Shown piece by piece: positions 16,338 to 18,068 of a stretch of 18,068 bases of DNA. Within the stretch, counting starts at the first letter, position 1. Each line of letters starts with the position of its first letter. Below the pieces are notes generated by a model. The model worked only from the letters and a program-made list of their open reading frames with translations. It was not told the DNA's origin and did no database searches. This DNA comes from a virus (lineage: Duplodnaviria; Heunggongvirae; Uroviricota; Caudoviricetes): the IMG/VR virus record IMGVR_UViG_3300021387_000529, positions 282,811 through 300,878 of that record; one strand, 5' to 3'. Both the position numbers and the translations under genes were made by a program.

Positions 16338-16832
16338 ATGGAAAAGCAAAACTTAAAAGAAGATTGGTATAAAGCAAAAAATCTCAATGGCCGTGATAGC
16401 CAACTTTTGGTTGAATTGTCGACAACAAATATAGAGTCTATCTCAAAAGCAATTGCAGCTCTTGAGGCTTTGAAAAAGAATTTGAACATCTACAAAGAGT
16501 GTCTTACAGACTCAATAAACCTTGAAGCTGAAAGTGCAGATTTGGCATCTAAGTATGCACAGGACAATACATATCAGAATAACTTCAATCTTCCTGGAAC
16601 TGTTTCTTTGCCTCAATCATACGATATTGACTCTATCAAAAAAGACTCACAGAGAATGATTGACATCCAAAAAGACAGAAATAAAATTGCTTCACAGAGT
16701 GATACATATTTGAATATTTGCAAAGCTCAAATGAAAGTTTTTGTTGAGAACTGGAAGAACCTCAACTATGGAGCAGTTTCTTGGAAAGAGTTTATTCTTT
16801 CACTTAATCAAAATATCAATCAAAATTACTAA
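16338..16832 (+). CDS. Hypothetical helical protein, 164 aa
   Basis: Intact ORF ending just before a terminator; N-terminal NLKE. Confidence 0.75.
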   Translation: MEKQNLKEDWYKAKNLNGRDSQLLVELSTTNIESISKAIAALEALKKNLNIYKECLTDSINLEAESADLASKYAQDNTYQNNFNLPGTVSLPQSYDIDSIKKDSQRMIDIQKDRNKIASQSDTYLNICKAQMKVFVENWKNLNYGAVSWKEFILSLNQNINQNY

Positions 16833-16865
16833 AAAAGAAAGGTCGTTCAAAGAACGACCTTTTTT
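16831..16865. terminator. Bidirectional Rho-independent terminator
   Basis: AAAGGTCGTTC-AAA-GAACGACCTTT flanked by an A run (16831-16836) and a T run (to 16865), between convergent genes. Confidence 0.88.
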
Positions 16866-16882
16866 CATATTATAATTTGACC

Positions 16883-17710
16883 CTAGAGGGACTTTTTAAA
16901 TCTATCTTGAAATATCGACGGAAATCTTTTAATTGTTTTTTCAATCATTCTTTTAGTAAGTCCAGTTTTTAAAACAAGTTTAGTTACGTAGCCGAACTTA
17001 GAAATATCTACACCACTTTGAAGAATTATATCTTTTCTATGTTCCCATTCTGATGTTGGAATAAGAGTTCTATTAACTTTTCCAGACTTGTCAACAAGTC
17101 CAAGAGCAGCTTTTTTTGCTTTCCAATTGTCATATTTTAGTTTTTCAAGTCTTTTTTTCTCAAAAAATTGGTCTTGTAATTTTAATTCAAATGAGTCATC
17201 TATAAATGACTTCATCATTTTAATAGCATTTTCTTTTTCTGTTTGGATAAAGCTCCAACTAAGTCTTAAACATGTCCAGCCATTTGACTTTAACCAATCA
17301 TCTCGTTTTTTATCGTAGTCTTTTTGTAATTCATGCTGTTTGCCATCAATTTCAATATAACGCATCTTTTTTGGCCAAGCAAAGTCTAATTTATAGTGTC
17401 CTACAGGTAAGTTATATTCAAAGTCTTTATCATTAAAATTATTTTTTATTACAGAAGAAAACCATAATTCAGGATATGACATTCCATTTACATTTTTCCG
17501 TGTGTTTGCCCAACCTTTATGTCTACCTTCACTATGAGCAATTTTCATCTTTTGAGAGATTTTTTCTTTAGTTTCTTTTGAAAGTTTATGGCTTTGATAG
17601 ACTTTTCTGTTTGGATTCATAATACAATATTTAATATGTCTACTTAAGCCACTTTTAGTCGTGAGCTCACGACCACAAAAACTACATACATGTAATTGAA
17701 CATTCATCAT
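16883..17710 (-). CDS. Free-standing DUF559/Vsr-like (EDxHD-type) putative homing endonuclease with zinc finger and NUMOD3-like motif
   Basis: CSFCGRELTTKSGLSRHIKYC (Zn finger), HKLSKETKEKISQKMK (NUMOD3-like), SYPELWF, YKLDFAW, IEIDGKQH. Confidence 0.8.
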   Translation of the reverse strand: MMNVQLHVCSFCGRELTTKSGLSRHIKYCIMNPNRKVYQSHKLSKETKEKISQKMKIAHSEGRHKGWANTRKNVNGMSYPELWFSSVIKNNFNDKDFEYNLPVGHYKLDFAWPKKMRYIEIDGKQHELQKDYDKKRDDWLKSNGWTCLRLSWSFIQTEKENAIKMMKSFIDDSFELKLQDQFFEKKRLEKLKYDNWKAKKAALGLVDKSGKVNRTLIPTSEWEHRKDIILQSGVDISKFGYVTKLVLKTGLTKRMIEKTIKRFPSIFQDRFKKSL

Positions 17711-17713
17711 ATA

Positions 17714-17722
17714 TATTTAGTT
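17714..17722 (-). promoter_or_regulatory. ACTAA-class putative late promoter (AACTAAATA)
   Basis: AACTAAATA-TAT-ATG, beginning 3 nt downstream of the tRNA-like element. Confidence 0.55.
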
Positions 17723-17725
17723 ATA

Positions 17726-17805
17726 TGCATGTGACAAGATTCGAACTTGCATTTTCAGCTCCATTTACAGATACCTGTTTCGTAGACAGGACTGGCTACA
17801 CATGC
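17726..17805 (-). tRNA. Non-canonical tRNA-like gene, anticodon ACG (Arg), D-arm absent; CCA not encoded
   Basis: Acceptor GCATGTG/CACATGC plus discriminator A; T-arm GCAAG-TTCGAAT-CTTGT; hairpin CCTGT-CTACGAA-ACAGG; only 8 nt (TAGCCAGT) where the D-arm should be; 23 nt between anticodon and T arms. Confidence 0.65.
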
Positions 17806-18068
17806 TCATGTTTTTCACATAAATATCTATAATATTCACGTGTTTTTCTGTTTGAATTGAGGAACATACATTTCATATATTCTTCACAAGCTTCTGTAAG
17901 TTGATAACCAAGTTTGTCTTTGAAAAACTTTAGTCTGGCCACAACTTTACCATCATTGTAAACTGGTCCAACAAAAGAAATTATTCCAGTTTTCATAGTT
18001 TCTTCAAGAGCAGATGAATACAACTTTTTCCAAAGTGGGATCCAAGCTGCACTGTCAATAGACAATAA
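17796..18068 (-). CDS. Hypothetical protein, C-terminal part (probably starts outside the window)
   Basis: Frame is open to the window edge; TAG stop at 17796-17798 lies inside the tRNA-like 5' end. Confidence 0.6.
   Translation of the reverse strand, partial: LLSIDSAAWIPLWKKLYSSALEETMKTGIISFVGPVYNDGKVVARLKFFKDKLGYQLTEACEEYMKCMFLNSNRKTREYYRYLCEKHEHV

Noticed and set aside
600-16900. Similar TGACCCTA(T/G)AG...TTTTAAAT strings at about 600 and 16878
   Set aside because: Short, gapped, only two copies in AT-rich DNA; compatible with chance.
1090-17318. Many short ORFs antisense or out-of-frame within long genes (e.g. 2062-2346, 2109-2468, 3479-3841, 6899-7300, 8255-8614, 12828-13148, 14831-15133, 17088-17318)
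   Set aside because: Fully nested in well-supported genes, with no SD or ACTAA motif and no recognisable protein motifs; typical shadow frames.
17764-17770. CTGTAAA as an alternative Tyr(GTA) anticodon loop
   Set aside because: Flanks GGTAT and TGGAG do not pair; the ACG hairpin has a perfect 5-bp stem.
1-18068. Stop-codon reassignment, as in some large phages
   Set aside because: Long genes are intact under code 11, and TAG (1591, 15827, 16323) and TGA (283, 9797) end genes at plausible boundaries.

Overview
AT-rich segment of a large, T4-superfamily-like dsDNA phage; standard genetic code, host not determinable. Head genes (gp23-like major capsid 6134-7957, gp20-like portal 12376-14571, probable head-completion nuclease and neck protein) are scattered on both strands among accessory genes: a beta-CASP metallo-beta-lactamase nuclease (partial, absent from the ORF track), an orphan N6-adenine methyltransferase, a membrane diguanylate cyclase, a PD-(D/E)xK nuclease, a GNAT, a radical SAM enzyme, a PNK-like kinase and a DUF559-type endonuclease. 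Three unusual elements stand out: (1) a separately expressed C-terminal half of an archaeal/eukaryote-type topoisomerase IB lacking the cap and first catalytic Arg; (2) a 79-nt tRNA-like gene with an ACG anticodon hairpin, no D-arm and a D-loop-like UGG segment 3' of the anticodon arm; (3) a 618-aa protein whose C-terminal part looks like a sigma70-family factor. Two promoter classes are visible: TTGAAC-N17-TATATT (two copies) and an ACTAA(A/T) motif a few nt upstream of SD-less ATGs. All protein calls are motif recognition by eye, not database hits.
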